From contig OZ237760.1 of NCBI GenBank assembly GCA_965178125.1, positions 744,001 to 808,000 on the forward strand: DNA of 64,000 bases, read 5' to 3'. A model generated the notes under the pieces. It had not been told where the DNA came from. It searched no databases and was given only the letters and a program-made list of their open reading frames with translations. A program made the translations under genes and the position numbers. This document shows positions 62,846 through 64,000 of this stretch, piece by piece (position 1 is the stretch's first letter; each line of letters starts with the position of its first letter). Origin of the DNA: Bilabrum cf. latius (Eukaryota).

Positions 62846-64000
62846 ATGCCGTTTCTGAAGAAGCGAAAATCGTTCAAAGTTCCGTTCCGTGTGCCTAGAG
62901 GGGACGGGCAGAGCGGACCACCTGCGTCGAGCACGGCAACGCCAAAGGTGGCTCTCACACAGGCAAATCCGAATACTACCGGTAGCCATGTTAAGGTAGT
63001 TGGTACTGATCGATCGGGGGTGGCTGCAACCAGCTGCTCGGTTGCAGCTGTTAGCACTGCAGCTGGATTGCCCGAGCAAATGCCTGGAACGCGCGCTGGC
63101 ACTCAACAACAGCCGTCTACCGCTGCTGGCCCGGTGCGTGCCAAGTAGGCACTTGTGCGACCGGCCAAAAAGCCGGGCTTTGCCCCGCCCAAGCCGAGGG
63201 GCGGTCTAAGCAGCGCCGCTGGCACATCTGCCTGCAAATCCAGCGGCGAAGAGGTGCCAGACGCAAGCACGACGAGGGTGTTCCAGGTCATGTACACGAA
63301 AGTGAGCACTAAGAAGCGCAAGACGTGGGAAGACGGCGTCATGGTGCTGGACGGAAAGTACGCCCGGCTGTTCAACCAGGACGGCAAGCAGCTCGCCAAG
63401 CAGCTCACCAAGTTCCGCTCGCTTCGCGAGAGCGAGTCCCTCGCCGTGCAGCGGTACGACACCGAGTGCTACGGAGAGGTGCCCGCGGCCGAGTACATCT
63501 CCGGCAGGATCTTCGTGAAAGGCGCGGCCGCAGGCGCGGGCGCCAAAGCGAGCACCGGCCTGGGAGGAGCTGGAGGAGGCACGGGGGCAGCAGTGCCGAT
63601 TGCCAGGCGAAGTGCACTGGCGCCAGGGAAAGGCAGGACCTCCGTCGGCATGAAAGGGAGCGCGTCCACCTCGAGCGGCCCCTGGCAGGTGGGCAGGGGA
63701 CCGAGGCTGCCCCGCGTGCCCTCCCCCCGGCACAGCCCCTTTGCCCCCGGAGCGCTGCCCCTGTACGTGCCCCCCGGGGCGCAGGCGGAGGCGAGACCGG
63801 CCGCGCCCGACGGGTCCATGCCTGCTGTCCCCGCTGGGTCCGTGCTTCCAGTGTCGGGGGGCGACCGCCCGGGTTCCCAGCGAAGGTTCGGGGCCCCCTG
63901 CGTGTCGGTGGTGCTTGACCCCGTGCTTGCGTCGAGGCTGAGGCCGCACCAGAGGGAGGGCGTCCGTTTCCTGTTCGAGTGCGTGGCTGGGCTCCGCGAT
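62846..64000 (+). CDS. RAD54B: RAD54B/RDH54-like SNF2 translocase, 5' part, truncated by the window end
   Basis: VMYTKVSTKKRKTWEDGVMVL (DUF2439-like) and VVLDPVLASRLRPHQREGVRFLFECVAG. One frame from ATG 62846 through TAG 63146. Confidence 0.82.

Noticed and set aside
1-64000. Pyrrolysine, selenocysteine or leaky readthrough as the explanation for TAG
   Set aside because: There are too many sites, including tandem TAG TAG, with no shared downstream context. The positions fit Gln.

Overview
Gene-dense, GC-rich (roughly two-thirds G+C) nuclear DNA from an intron-containing eukaryote with GT-AG introns, about 23 protein-coding genes and many head-to-head gene pairs. The style resembles a Cafeteria-like heterotrophic stramenopile, but that is inference only. 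The main signal is a non-standard nuclear genetic code. About 65 in-frame TAG codons occur in about 22 genes, including CSE1/exportin-2, RPSA, proteasome alpha-7, PA200, COG5, TECR and RAD54B. They read as Gln at conserved positions and inside Gln-containing repeats. Every complete gene I reconstructed ends in TGA (19) or TAA (2), and I saw no in-frame TAA. So UAG = Gln while UAA and UGA stay stops, and the supplied ORF track fragments most genes. Other signals: a 12-mer (GTGTGACGAGTG) present at least 11 times exactly, mostly inside coding regions in different frames and orientations; a 149-bp antisense response-regulator fragment flanked by a GGTC duplication that interrupts a bacterial-type secreted-protein gene; and an ankyrin gene growing by duplication of one-repeat exon+intron modules. 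I recognised no rRNA, tRNA, CRISPR array or transposase. Counts and gene models were made by eye.
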